Shown here in pieces: positions 28,159 through 44,430 of a DNA stretch of 64,000 nucleotides (within the stretch, counting starts at the first letter, position 1; every line of letters begins with the position of its first letter). The notes beneath the pieces are model-generated. The model had not been told where the DNA came from and did not search any database. It saw only the letters and a list, made by a program, of their open reading frames with translations. The position numbers and the translations under genes are program-made. Origin of the DNA: the human T2T-CHM13v2.0 reference genome, Homo sapiens; assembly GCF_009914755.1 (NCBI RefSeq), contig NC_060928.1, one strand, 5' to 3'.

Positions 28159-29458
28159 ACTCTACAGAGACTCCTTCTAAGTCTGTCTAAATTTCTGGGG
28201 GTAATTACACTAATTGTAAACAGCTTTGTCTGCTCCATCTGGAAGAAAGTGCTACTAGCCATAAACTATTCCCACTAGAGAGTGATGATGTGTATGGGGG
28301 GCATATGGATTGGGGAGTGGAGAGGGGAGTCTGCACCCTCAGCCCTACTAGCAATGCAACATTTGGGGAAAGTAGCGGGAAGGGAACATTCTGATGCCAT
28401 GACAGATATCTTTTCACACAGATTTATTGTACTAGTTTTCAAGGTACACTGTTTTAGTAGCTAAACAGAATTTCTTTAAACATGTGGGTACCAATTTGCT
28501 CCTCGTGCAGTGCATGTGATAGTGAGATAAAAACCAATCACACAGCATGGCTGGAGCACAGAAAAACAACATTTTACTTTCTTTTTTGAGAATAAATGGC
28601 TTTGTTAACACAGCCAAAACAATTGATCTTTTTATTTGTATTTTATTCCTGGTCAATATTTTAAGGGCTGACTGGAGACTTGGGGCCCTGTTGGGTGGAA
28701 TTAAAGTTTACAACAGCCCACGTTTTCCATAGATTATGAAGGAGCCAAGCAAACATGGTCTCTATTAGAAACTCAACAACCTCAGCCCCTAGATTAAAAG
28801 AAAAATCACTCAAAAGCAGACACACAAAATACAGGAAGAAGGAATACTGTCTAGATGTGAGACTGATTTTTCTAAGTCTCTCTAAATTTCTAAGTCTGTC
28901 TACAAATGTGCTAATTTGTAGCTTGCTCAATTATATGTATCATGAAATTCTCTACTCTACGTTCTCTTCTTCTTTATACAACTGTAGAACAGTCTTTGTC
29001 ATTCCTGTTTTCCAAACCCCTCACCATCCAACACTCCCTTCAACTCCATGTATTCAGAAAAAATATTCCTGAAGAGTAAAAGGCAATAAAATTCCCAACC
29101 ATTCCACATTACTTCTTTATTCAGTTTTGCCTTTCAGTGAAGTATGATGTGGGACAGCAAACAAAATAAATGAGCGTAGATGAGAAAGGCAGTCACTTTT
29201 CTCAACTCCGGCAGGCTCTCCTTTTGACAGGCATTTTCTGGCTGTTTCAGAAGTTGTCATGCCTGGTAGTTGTGGCCCAGACATTGAACTGTCCAGAGAA
29301 GTTCTCGTGCTGTCCAAGCAAAATGCTTGCATCCTAATTCCAGAATGCACAACACAACATTTGTACTAAAAGGGAGAGTCTTCCTGTTCGATGATGGTTT
29401 CATAAAAATCAGGTGGCACTCCTATTTTGTTGGATGTAATTTAAAAAGGTCATTCCGT

Positions 29459-29770
<312 letters not shown>

Positions 29771-31184
29771 TCATCAAGATAGTAGACAAATTAATACAGA
29801 AAAAGAGATTCTTATTTCATCCATGAAGATGCATGGATACCTGTTCTTCTCACAGATACACATATCCTATTTGTTATATCTGAACAAAGTCTTGAATATT
29901 AAAACAAAAAGTGGATGAATAAACTCTCGTAACATACCTGCAACTTTAGAAACGTACACATGATTTAGCCCTTAGTGGCTCTACACTTTCATCCAGCTCG
30001 CAGAGACTCAGTGTTTTTCAGAAGGATCTTATGTGACTAGAAATTTAAGGTAGTGAATCAAACATTTGCCTTACTGTAGCTTAATATTTTAATACCTCTA
30101 GTACATTAAAAATAGCATACACATTCAAATTTCATTATATATATTAAAATTAAATTTACTTTGGGAATTTTATGATATCTTCAAATCACTGAAGTTAAAA
30201 CAATGGGGTTCAAACTTATTTTTCTATTATTTATAAAATAATTTTAATTCATCTCATCTCTTAAACATAAGACATGATAATTTATGTACAAAAATGTTTA
30301 ATGCAGTGTTATTCATAGTGTTAAAAACTGGAAACAATGTAAATGTGTAATTACACAAGTATAATTGTGAAAAAACATTATTAATTTTTTCGGTAAGAAA
30401 AGATAAAAATTACCTATAGTCAATGATAACACTTTTGATGGTCATTCTTTTCTATGAATCTGTTTTTTAATTTGATTTTTGAAAAAATATTCACAAAAAT
30501 AACTTTTAGACGAATAACATATACATAATTTGCTCCATGTACATTTATCATCGTAAACAGCTTTATTCTTTTTTTCCTTGTTCAAATTCACACATCCAGG
30601 AAGGGGTAGAACCAGATCACATATTTAGAGCAATCTTAATCTAAAGCTAGGTTCTTTCTATTGACTCGGGGACCCTGGGGCTGCGTGACTCTCATACAGT
30701 CAGATCAGGTACAGAACCAGCTCTACATACCACAACGCCCTCAGAGAGTTTTCAGCAAGTCCCTCCTGCAAGCAGCTTTATTTTAAACAAATAAATAAAT
30801 AGCTCGCTGAAAGGCAAAACTGAATAAAGAAGAAACTTGGAATGGTTAGGATTTGTATTCTCTTTTACTCTTCAAGAATATATATATATGTTCTTTACAT
30901 TTACTGTCTTTTAACTTTCTCCCTTCAGGCACTGAATTTACCAGGCAGCCAGGATTACCAACTTAGTATGATTCACTACAGCTTTCTCCATTCCAGTACA
31001 GCTATATACAAAATAGAGACACCCATACACATTTCCTGTTGCCGTTTGCCTTTTAGAAGGGTTCATACATTTTATGCTGACCTTTCATTAGAAGGGATCA
31101 TACGTTTTATGCTGACTCCTCGGCTTTTGCTCTTCTCACTTGCCAGTGCATCAGGGAGGCTTCTTTGTCAGCGAGTGAAATTCT

Positions 31185-31850
<666 letters not shown>

Positions 31851-33542
31851 TGAGTATCCTTTCTAACTTTACGACAATTGGAATTTTCTATTTTGTCAAT
31901 TCTTATTGTCATTTACTTATAGAATTCTGGCTTTGAGTTACATTTTGTAAGATTGCCCTCCATTTTAATATGAAATATTTTGAGAAAAATATTTTACTCC
32001 TGTATATTCTATATTTCAGAATGTAAAATTGATACATTCAATGAAAGCATTCGCTAGGATTTAAAAATTGTCATTTTTAAATCTGAAAATCCTGCATTGT
32101 TCTTGGAAACTGAATTTCATCAGTGAGCAATTGGAAAACCTTATGAATGGCAAGTTATTAGTAATGTGAATGACCTTATGGAAACCACAATTCAAGACAT
32201 TGTGGAAATGAATTTGGATTGTCCAAAAATGAGACCTAGAACTGGAATAGGAGTACAAGTTTCTGAATGGTTTGTCCTCCTATATTCATAACTACAACAA
32301 GGATTAAATATTTTTTTCCCAAATTGCAAGTCTGGAAACATTTTTCATGATTTTTTAAAAAAGAAAACCTAACTTTTTTTTTTTTCTTCTCCCAACAAGC
32401 TGAAGCTTGTTGCTTGACTGAATTCTTGGAGATAAAGAATGTGCCCTGGTACACTGAAGGGGAAAATCAGATCACTTGCAGCTGACATTACTGCCAAACG
32501 TCAGTGAGGAGGCCACAGTCAGCTGGGAGAATTTTACCCTTTAAACATCGTCCATGTCGTACTTGTGGAGCCACTGGCTTGTATAAAGATAGTTATTGAG
32601 AACATTTCATAGCAGGGATGTGGGGAAACCATGCATGTCAGAAATCGTTTTTATTCCAAGATGTGCTTCAGCTCTCCTTCTCCTTCTCAAAGCTCGATTC
32701 TTTAAAGAGATTAAAGTTCAGTGGTACGAGGCCGTATAAAGACATCTGAATAATTCCACGATATCTAGACATTTCTGAAGAAATACACTCTTTTTTAAAA
32801 AGTAGCAGTTATTTATCACAATTTTCTAATTTATGATCCCGGATTCACGACTGGTTAGGGTAGTAAATATTTATGGGAAGAGATGCCCCTGGAATCCACT
32901 TGGGGAAAAGAGAAAGAAAGTCACTTCCCCTTTGAAGGCAGCTTTACTCTTCCAGCATCTCGCCACTGTTTCAGCGTTCCTACAGCTGTTTCTGCTTTGG
33001 ACAAATATTATGTTTTTCTGCAGAAACACCTTATTTAATGATTTAATGTTGTAACAGTATTTAGAGCCTAGTAGGTTCTCAATAAATATTTATTGAACGA
33101 ATAAACAGACTGTCACATCATTTTATTAAATGAGTTAAAAAGGGCCAACCAAATTCATTTCTTAGGTATTAGACATTAAACACCAAATTGTGTATAGAAC
33201 AGGATGCTGGGAGATGAAAGCTGTGCCAGGCCTTGTAGCCTCACCGAAACCATTTGAAAAATGACTACCACTTTTCAGCCCAGCATTTTTTGCTATTTTG
33301 GATTTTCTTAGTTCATAGCACCTGTCTTCATGTCACACAACTGGAAATGCGTGATCCTTTAGTCTCTGGATTTTTTTCTTAACTAATACATTTTAGATAT
33401 TACATCAGCTATATTTAGCATATCCTTTTCATTTATTTGTATTTTCCTCATATTATAGGCCAGTTTTTACAGTCGAATATCCCAGATTTCACATTCTTAT
33501 AAAGTTGCATAATTCCCCTAATTTTAAAATATTTATTCAATT

Positions 33543-33877
<335 letters not shown>

Positions 33878-35986
33878 TTAATATTTTTGGTTGCATGGTA
33901 TGTCTTAGATACTGAGGACGTAGAAATATTTTCTTATATGTAAAGAGTATTTACATGATTAATCTCTTCTTAAACTGCCACTTTGTATATTGTGTATTTT
34001 TAATTTTCATATTGAAACACTTATAAAAATTTTTCATAGGATTTCTTATTAAAAGTATCATAGACCTCAGCATATCTTAGTAAGACCCTTGTAAAAACAA
34101 TGAGACAATTTGTTATCTTTTAAAAGTAAATCAGCAGCAGAATAATACTAAATTAATAAAATAAGTGTTATAAATTTTGTGATGCTAATATTTTCAAAAT
34201 CAATCATATTTAAGAATGCAATATTCAAAACCTGCCATGGAGTGCAATTTCAGGGATGCAGCTTGGTTATTTTAGGTTTAGTTTTTGTATCTTAGCCATT
34301 TTTGGAAAGCTACAGAAGTCGTTGTAAAAAACCACATCTATTGGTTGTTATTTCTACATCTTCAATTTCCCATAGGAATCTTATAATCTAGTTATAAACC
34401 GTAATCTTTCCTATTCATCTAGTCCTTGAAGACTCAAAGGCAGTCAATTTCAAGCAATTTATAGCTAGGTTTTATTGCACGACTGGCAGCTCAGGATGCC
34501 TCCCAGAGGCACGTGAAACTGACCAAAGAAAGTCTCCATGAGCCAAGGTGGAAGGTGGTTTGAATTCATCTACTTAACTTCCCATTTCCTAAGTAAGATT
34601 TCCGTAGAGCCCAGTTCATAAAGAGAGCTTTGTGACTGAAACAACCAAAATTACATCAAATCAGTTATGCTTGGAGCCCTGCTCACTTGCAGAAAGGCAA
34701 CACAAGAGCTCTGTGCAGAAATTGCCATATTACATGATACAGTTTGCACTTTATTCATTCACACTAACTTATAGTCTATGAAGATTTAAAATATGAGGGT
34801 TTAAAGTGATTTCTAAGATGATATAAAAACGAAGTATTTATGTTTAATAAATTTCCTCTCTAGGACTTTTGAAAAACACATATCATGAACTAATTTCCGA
34901 CCAAACACTTTATAATAAAAAAATGAAATTGCCTTGGCAAAGAAGAAAAATTGTTTTCTTATGAAATGACACGTTTGCTTTTATACGGCACTTCAGTTAG
35001 ATGTAATGATTTTAATCTGAGAGCTGCAGGTACATATTTTTCTGTCTTTCTATCTACCTATCTACCTGATTTTGTTTACACATTTTAGAATTATTTGCTC
35101 AAGAAAATGTTAAAGAGAAGTGACAAACTCTAATTTAAAATATAAACACCTCAAGAGATTTGCTAAAATAGACTCAAAATGCATTATGTTAGGAAATATT
35201 TCCACAGAGAACTAATGATAAGTGGACAAGTAAAGGTAAACAGCTTAAACATTTTTGTTGGTTTTACTTTTTGGCATGATGGTGTTAAATAAAAGTCTCA
35301 GTATTTTTAGAAAATGCTTTAAGCAGTACATTCTATTTTTAAACTATATGTCTCTATTTTAAGTCATAGTACGTGATATGGAGAGATCAGGTTTTATGTT
35401 GCAAGTGTATTTTAAACAACACATTCTTAGTCACACATACATTTTAATACACATTAAATTTAAGCTGTCTTACTGAATTTTGAAATAATTTAGTGCGGCT
35501 AAGGATGCGTTTTGTTTTAAGCATATTCACAACATAAAATATGATTTCTGAAACTCGAATAAGAGAATATTTCCTACCTAGGCACTAAAAATGTCTTAAA
35601 AATAACTCAAAAACAATTCTAGGTTCAAATCCAAGAATGATATTAAAGACAAAATATCCACATAGGTAATAGGAGTAGTGTTTATTGCCATTTAATGGGC
35701 AGCAGTTATGATTTCTAAGAAACTTGGAAGGTCCTTTTATGGGAAGAGGACTTGACCTGGGTCTTCCATCACTCTTGACCTTTTGGAAAGTGAGCGAAAG
35801 TTAGCCAAAATACACTAAGAAAAGTAATTCAGCCTTGTGCTGACTCTTTCCACACCAAATAGCACCTATGTAGGAAGTAAATCATTAAGCTTTGACCACG
35901 TCTACAAGGCCAAAATGACTGCAGCATCCGCAGACAAGCCAGGCTGCTCATCCTCATTGGGACATGCCACACTTCAAAGGTGACCG

Positions 35987-36180
35987 AGCCGGTATAGTGG
36001 CACACACCTGTATTCCCAGCACCGAAGGGGGAGGATTGCTTGAGGCTGAGAGTTTGACCCGTCTGGACAATGCAAGCGAGATCCCCGTTTTCAACCAAAA
36101 CATTTAAAACTTAGCCAGGCGCGGTGTTGTGCACCTGTTGTCCCATCTTCTTGGAAGGCTGAGGTGGGAGGATCCCTTAG
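35987..36180 (+). mobile_element. AluJ, 3'-truncated
   Basis: Left arm plus start of right arm, diverged. Confidence 0.8.
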
Positions 36181-36229
36181 ATGGCCAATAATCTATTCAG
36201 ACTTTGCCTTGTTCATTTCTTCACTTCCT

Positions 36230-37350
36230 TCTTTCATTTTATTTAAATAGATTGTATGTTCACATGATAAAAACAATTCAAGGGTTTTACAAGAGAAAAT
36301 GAGGTTTTATCCCTAACCCTCCATTCTTCAATTTTTTTCCTCCAGGGACAAAAAGTCTTTCCAGTTCTTTTTTATCCTCCCATGGCTATCTTACACCTGG
36401 ATGGAGAGCTACATTTAGACATCCTAATTTCTTTACACCTGAATTGCAGCTTATTTTGCATTAGTGTTCTGTACTTTTTTCCCCACTGACAATGTATCTT
36501 GGGAAAAAATGCCATGTTTCTAATGTTACACAAGTATTGCATCACATGTATTCGGCAAGACTGATTGAACTACTTTAATTCTGATTGGTCTGTAAGTTGC
36601 TATTAATCTACAACAAATAAAGGTACATTATGAGGAGTGGTGACACAGGCATAGTCATTTTCATGTAGATATATTAACACAGGAGAAAATACATTTCAAG
36701 CTGTGGAATTACTGAGCCAAATTCATGTACATTCCAACTTTTATAGATATTGCCAGATTGCCCTCTTTAGAGGTTGTACTAACTTATATACCTATCAATA
36801 AGGTAACAAAGTGCTGTTCTCCATTTGCTTGAAGGCAAAGTACTAACAAACTTTTCTGTATTTGTTAATCTGACAGGTGAATAATTGTCTCTCATATTTT
36901 TACTTTGGTTTTATGCTATAATTAATGAGGTTGTATAGCTTCTTCTTATTCCATTTGCACTTTCCAATATTTTATCCAACATCCTGGAACACACCTGTTT
37001 CTCCTCAATCCCCCAAAAATAGCTGCTCAACAGTCCAACTGCATATATCTTTTCTCCTCTTACCTTTCGTTCTCTAAATAAAATAAATGCATTCCCCATT
37101 AGGGTTTGGTGCAATCGACGATCTTTCCACTTTACATCACTTTATTAATTTGGTTTCTTACTCACCATTTTCTTGTCGAGGCCACAGATCAACCCATTTA
37201 TTAACAAGTCTAGTAATAATTGTAAGAAGTGTAGCCATCTCTGTGAAGACATCAAGAACAACTGGAACGCGGAGCTCCAGCTTCATTCTTGTCAGTTTCT
37301 TTTGAGAACTTTCTGTATACAGCAGAAATATCAGTACCCATAGTTCATGA
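36230..37350 (-). mobile_element. L1ME-like remnant containing a ~300-bp non-L1 segment (about 36975-37280)
   Basis: tttatagatattgccagattgccctc..ggttgtactaacttata typical of antisense L1ME. Confidence 0.55.
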
Positions 37351-37370
37351 ATATTATTAGACTTTATGGA

Positions 37371-37661
37371 TTTTTTTTTTGAGACAGAGTTTTGCCCTGA
37401 TGCCCAGGCTGGAGTGCAGTGGCTCGATCTCGGCTCACTGCAACCTCTGCCTCCCGGGTTCAAGCAATTCTGTGCCTTAGCCTCCTGAGTAGCTGGGATT
37501 ACAGGTGCGTGCCACCATGCCCAGCTAATTTTTGTACTTTTAGTAGAGACAGGGTTTCACCATGTTGGCCAGACTGTTATTGAACTCCTGACCTCATGAT
37601 CCACCTGCCTTGGCCTTCCAAAGTGCTGGGATTACAGATGTAAGCCACTGCACCTAGCTAG
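37371..37661 (-). mobile_element. AluS
   Basis: Reverse Alu; TSD about AG..TTTATGG.TTT. Confidence 0.93.
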
Positions 37662-38633
37662 GTTTTATGGTTTTAAAATACACTAGAGACTGCTACAAAA
37701 CACTGGACACTCTTCATATACTTTGTTATTTCTGAAAGTTATTATTTTACCAGTAAATCCCCATTTCCTATAAGCTAATTAGATTTATTTATTGTCACAT
37801 TCAAATAATTCTATTATAGAATCAGTAGATACTGAGTTTATAGGTTAAAATTATTACAATTTCATGTTTTTAAAAACTTTGGGAAATTATTATTATCCCT
37901 TTAAAAATAAGTATGAAAGTATTGAATTGTTTCCCCTTTAACTTTTAACACAAGGAACTATAAGAATTGGAGGCTATAGAGTGTGTTTACAGTTGCAGCT
38001 ATAAGAAATTCAGGTTTATCAGTAGTTACTCATTAGAATAATCACTGTATTTAATCTAACTACAGATAAAATATAACCTTAGCTATATACTTTTGTGAGG
38101 TATATAATTAACAGCATGAAGGAATGAAGTATAAAAATAATCTTTCTAGAATCTACTTTTAATCCAAGTCATGTATTTGGCATCACACAGGGTGTATTGT
38201 TTAAATTTTCTAACCTTGGTTGTAAGTCAACATAATTTCAGAGGTACTCGGTGAGGGTACATTTGAATAAGGTGAGCCCTCTCAGAACAAATCATCATGT
38301 TCAGGTACCTGAATCTGGGAAGGGCTTGTGATTTAGAAATGTGTCTTTTATCTATAGCATTTCAGAAAGGTGAAAGAATTTTGTACTAGTATGAGTCATA
38401 CTAGTAGAATGACCTTAAAAAATTATATGTCCTACTCATTTTTTTAAAAAAATGCTTTGTTCCTACAAATTCCCAAAAACCAACCTATCAGTTAATGTAA
38501 ATATAATACATAATGTATCAATAATAATAATCAAGCTTCAGAATTGGTGGTTTGCCTTGAAAAAACATATATGCACTTGAGAAAACTGGAATTTTTTTGG
38601 ACAAAACATTAACCTTCAAACTTCTTTTGTTAT

Positions 38634-39217
38634 TGTGGGGGCCAAGGGAAAACTTCTCTTTTGCCTTCTGAAGATTTAATGAAAATCAATTGACAAAAGA
38701 CAATGTAATAGGAGAAAAGGCATACAAATTTATTAACACACGCAGGAGGCATACAAAATACAAGAGCACCAAAAAATGTCCAGATAGTTGATGCTTTTAT
38801 ACCATCTGGAGGTTACAGAAAGTATATAAGCTTGGATCTTGGGAAAACAGGTTATGGTAGTAAATCAGCTTTAGACAGGACAGGGTATGGGAGGCAGAGA
38901 AGAGGAGGCCTGGCCTGGCCTGCAAAGGTGGTCTCATTACGTAGATGAAACCTCCCAGGCAGCAGGACTCAGGGGGAATAGATGGGAAATGTCTCTTTTG
39001 GACCTTTAAAGGCGTCACTCTCTGCCAATCTTTTCTAGATCTGGAGAAGGGAGGGTCTCAGAGAAAGCCAGGCTGCGTGGATGTGGATTTTCCCTGCAGG
39101 TGCAAGTCTTCCCGACAGAAGACCTTTGCAGGGCTGCCCATGGTCACAGGCCCTCTGAACATCCATCTTAAAATATATCAAAGAAGGGTATTTTGGGGTA
39201 AAATATTTTGGTTTCCA
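38634..39217 (-). mobile_element. MER4-group ERV1 solo LTR (LTR49-like)
   Basis: TG..CA ends, 4-bp TSD TTAT; minus strand starts tggaaaccaaaatattttaccccaaaata. Confidence 0.75.
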
Positions 39218-39843
39218 TTATTTCAGTCATCTTATATTCTTTTTATCTTGTATATTTGAAGTTCCTACTTTCTTCGTTCTACTTGTTTCTTTCAGTAAAA
39301 ATAGAACTCTAGTGCTTGGCCTTGAAAACTGCTGCTAGTGAAAAGAATCTCACAGAGATAAGGAGGGAAAATTTTGCTTGCTCTTGACAACCGCCAATAA
39401 AGCGTTTCTTACATACTAGCAATTTCTTTGAGTTGCCCTAATTCTTCCTTGATAAGTGCTCAAGCCTGTGGTCATCCAAAACCTGTTATTTTCTTTTATC
39501 TTTTCTATAGCTGATCCTACGGAATAAAGCATTGTTTTGGTATTAAGAATATGTAGGTGTCAGATTTTATTGAAATACATATAAACTTGCAAAAGTTTAT
39601 CTCCGTCTTATGTGTTAAATAAAAACATAAAGATTAATTTAGGAAAACAGAAAAATATTAAAGTTCATATGCAGTTTTGAAAACTATTTCTTTACCATTC
39701 AAATTACCAATATGGCATTATTTATGATTACGAGAGTATTCTATGTTAAAATGTCAGTTAAGTAAATAATTTTATTGGTTTTCTTTATAAAGAAGTACTT
39801 TTTGTGATAAAAATTTCTTTAGGTTTAAACAGGAGAATCTATT

Positions 39844-40249
39844 TGTGTGAGACTATTCTCGCATTGGTATGAAGAAGTACCCGAGACTGGATAATTTATA
39901 AAGAAAAGAGGTTACATTGGCCCATGGTCCTGCAGGCTGTGTGGGAAGCATAGCAGCTTCTGCTTTTGGGGAGGCTTCAGGAAGCTTCCAATCCTGGCAG
40001 AAGGCAAAGGGGAAGTAAGCATCTTACATGGTAGGAACAGGAACACGAGAGATGGGGGGGAAGGTGCCACCTACTTTTAAATAACCAGATCTTGTGAGAA
40101 CTCACTATCACTATCACGGGATGGTACTAAACCATTTTTTGAGAAATTCACTCCATGATCCAATCACCTCCCACTGGGCCCCACTTCCAACACTGGGAAT
40201 TACAATTCAATGTGCGATCTGGGTGGGGACACACATCCAAACCACATCA
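39844..40249 (-). mobile_element. MSTA/MSTB MaLR solo LTR
   Basis: TG..CA ends, 5-bp TSD CTATT; ccatgatccaatcacctcccac motif. Confidence 0.88.
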
Positions 40250-40664
40250 CTATTGTTATCTGTAAAAATACTACATTACAAATCTTGTAAATATAACAAA
40301 GGGCAAATTAAAGTTTGATGTGCTATTTGAAGTTGTTTCCTATTACTTCTGAGGGACGATGGTGTTACAAATTGGCCCCTCTTAATGTTAACATAAATAA
40401 ATACTAGCTTTCAAAACTAATTATTTGTTCACAGTTTCAACTCAGATGCAGCCTGATTTTCATTTTTAAATAGTACTTTAGTTTATAGTACCGTAATAGA
40501 AATTAGCCCAAATAACGGAGTAGCTTGCAAGACCCCAAAGACACATTTACATTCTGACAGAAATGTAAGTATTGGTTTAAAATGAATCTTTACATTTGAA
40601 AAATCTAAGTTTATTTACCTAAAGCTATTAATTTGAACATACGTAGAGGTTCAGTAGAAGAATA

Positions 40665-41116
40665 TGTATGGGGAAGGGTTTCCTTCACCCTCTGAAAGTT
40701 CACTAAAAATCAACAAGGCAGATTAATTGGAGAAACACATACAAATTCATTTAATGTGTCTACACAGGAGCCTTCAGAATGAAGACTCGCACAGGGGAAA
40801 CTGTCATTTTATGCTTAGATTTAACAGTGTATGGACAGCCAGGTAGAAATATGGAGGGACACAAAGGGTGTGATCTACTGTTAATAGACGGAGCGGGGTC
40901 ACCCAGCAAGGCCTGTCTCTCTAGACTCTTTCTGGCCTCTCTGAGCAGCGTCCTTCCTTCTGGGGTGGGACAAGACCTCCCTGGAATGGGGATTTTATGT
41001 GCTACGGTCAAAAAATTTCTCAATTTTCTGGCCAGCTTTTACACAAAAAGGCAAAGGGAAAGTTCGAGTAATACTTGTAGGTTTTATGGCTGGATTTGGG
41101 GAAAGGGGATCTGGTT
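40665..41116 (-). mobile_element. MER4-group ERV1 LTR (MER39-like), 5' part missing
   Basis: ggagccttcagaatgaagac, cccagcaaggcctgtct and ttttatggctgg..ttggggaaagggg motifs. Confidence 0.7.
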
Positions 41117-41508
41117 GGTTAAAAGAAAAGCCTTTGCCAAATTAAATTGAACAGAGTTTAACTAAGCAAAGAATAATTCTCAAATTGGGCAGCCTCACAA
41201 CCCAGAGTAGCTTCAGAGGCTCCGGCACAGCCATGTGGTGGAAGAGGGCTTATGGGCAGAAGACAGAAAGAGGAAGTGCAGGAACAGAAATATTGGAGAC
41301 AGCTCCATGTTTGCTTTATGTGAACACAGTTTGAACAGTTGTGCTTCTTGGATTGGCCAAAACTCGGCGATTGGCACAAGAGTAGATTACAGTCTGATTA
41401 CAGTCTGTTTATACCTCCTTTAGGTTATAGTTCACTATGTGCTACAAAACCTTTAGGCCGAACTTAAAATATGTAAGGAGGCAGCTTTAGGCTGAATTTC
41501 ATTCAACA
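41117..41508 (-). mobile_element. MER57A-like ERV1 solo LTR
   Basis: Minus strand tgttgaatg..agcctaaagctgcctccttacatattttaagttcggcctaaagg; TSD GGTT; tandem CCAAT boxes. Confidence 0.85.
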
Positions 41509-41512
41509 GGTT

Positions 41513-42304
<792 letters not shown>

Positions 42305-42984
42305 TCAATAAAGATGTGCTGTGAATATTTATGAGATCGTCAAAGAGTTCTCAAATCAATAGTGAGAATACAGCTTTTCAAATCAGCATTATGATGTATT
42401 ATACATCAACATTTTACCCTTCCTCAAACGGTGCTTTACGTGTGGGAAAGAAATAGCTGTATTTATTCAATGGTGGATTTTCTTCATTGCATTCCATTCA
42501 GTGTCTTTCAATCGCCAGGGAAACAGCAGGAATTCTCGCACAGGACAATGCGTCACGACCTGTGGATCCAGCATGCATTGTTGCATTTTCCCAAATGCAC
42601 CCAGTGAAGGAGAATATGATAATGTGAAAAACATTTCACACCTTGTAAACATCTGAAAGTGGATTTGACAGGAAAGCCTGCATGTTAAATCGAAGATAGT
42701 CTTTTGATTCCGTAACCATTCCGTGAACCATTCGATGCAGAAAAATCCATGCTGGAGAAGGCTCCACTATGCCTAATGCAGGATACTGATGGAAGAATGA
42801 ATTATTCTACCGTATGTTGTTTAAAAGGTATTAAAATTGTATTAGGAAGAGTGGCTCTGTCTATAGCCGTGGGTCAGTGCTGACAGAACTTGGTGGCCAC
42901 AGCCAGCTAAGACATGCCACCATGGGGAAGTAATTTACGAGCTATGGAACAAGAGCTGAATTTATTTGTTTTCTGAACCTCTTT

Positions 42985-44045
42985 AAAAAATACATACAGC
43001 TTTATTGAGATACAATTTACTTACCATAAATCTACTTGTGGGTGCAACTCAATGGATTTTTAGCATACAGAGTGTGCAATTACCACCATGATATGATATC
43101 CGAACAGTTTCCTCACCCCGGAAAGAAATCTCATGCCCATCAGCAGTTGCTCTGCAAACCCAGCTCCTCCCATGTTCTTCTCCTTCAGCTCCCAAATTAG
43201 ACAATCCTGAATCTGCTTTGTGTCTCTATGGATGTGAGTAATCTGGGCATTTCAAATAGAGTCACATCATATGTGGCCTGTGGTGACTGGCTTCTTTTGC
43301 CCGGCATAACATTTTCAAGGTCTATCTATGTTGTAGCATGTACCGGTAGTTCCTCATTTTTATGGCAAAATATTCCACATTTAGTGTGTCTGTTTCTTAG
43401 TTGACAGACTTTGGGTTGTTTTCACTGTTTATTATAAATAATTTTGCTACAAACACCCATGTATGAGTTTCTGTGTGGACACGTTTTCATTTCTGTTGGG
43501 TATATATCCAGGAGCAAAATACTTGGATCATATGGGAACTTTATGTTTAATCATTAAAGAAACCTCTAGACTATATTCCAATGTGACTGTACTGTTTTAT
43601 TAGGTTGGTGCAAAAGTAGTTGCGGTTTTTGCCATTTAGAAGTACTGACAAAACCGCAATTACCTTTGCACCAACCTAAAACATTTGCACCAGCAGTGAA
43701 CGAGGGTTTCAATTTCTCCTCATTCTCTCCAGCACTTGTGTTTGTTATCTTTTTGGTGACACCATTCTCGTGGATGTGAAGTGGTATCTTTTTGTTAGTT
43801 TGGTTTGTAGCACATGTTGAAAAAACAATTATTTTCTCATTGATGTGTCTTTGCCTCTTTGTCAAAGATCAATTAACCATAAATGTTAGGATATACTTCT
43901 AGAGTTTCCATTCTACTCTGCTGGTTTGTCCATCCTTATGCCAGAATCACTCTGCCTGGATTACCATAGCTTGTAGTGACTTTTGAAATGGGTATGTGTG
44001 AGTTTTCCAATTTCTTCCTTGTTTCTCAGGATTGTTTAGCTATTC
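42985..44045 (-). mobile_element. L1MB-like 3' remnant
   Basis: cagctttattgagatacaatttac... antisense L1MB 3' end; minus peptide KKITNTSAGENEEKL. Confidence 0.78.
43600..43679. mobile_element. MADE1 (Hsmar1-derived MITE), full-length 80-bp palindrome
   Basis: TTAGGTTGGTGCAAAAG...CTTTGCACCAACCTAA terminal inverted repeats; TA on the left. Confidence 0.93.
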
Positions 44046-44254
44046 TTTCATTTAATTTATGTAACTTTAGTTTTATTTCTAGCAAAGCAATACATAGCCA
44101 TAGTTTAAGAAATTGAATACAAATAATTAAATGTGTTTTCATATTTGTGACTTTTAGATATTATCTATTGCCATCCTTCTAAAGAAACAGCATTTAAATT
44201 TATTATCCATCTAATCATACACACAAATACATCATTTTGCTTTTTCTCATGAAA

Positions 44255-44430
44255 TATATATTATATATACACAAACATACATAGACATACATACACATAT
44301 AGTGTGTGTATATAAATGTGGATATATATATTTAGATATACATACACATCCCAGTTATATATGCGATACACACACACACACACACACACATACACGCATA
44401 CCAGCTATGTATAGGGAGTATATATATCCC
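44255..44430. repeat. (TA)/(CA) low-complexity region with a (CA)n run
   Basis: Seen directly. Confidence 0.85.
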
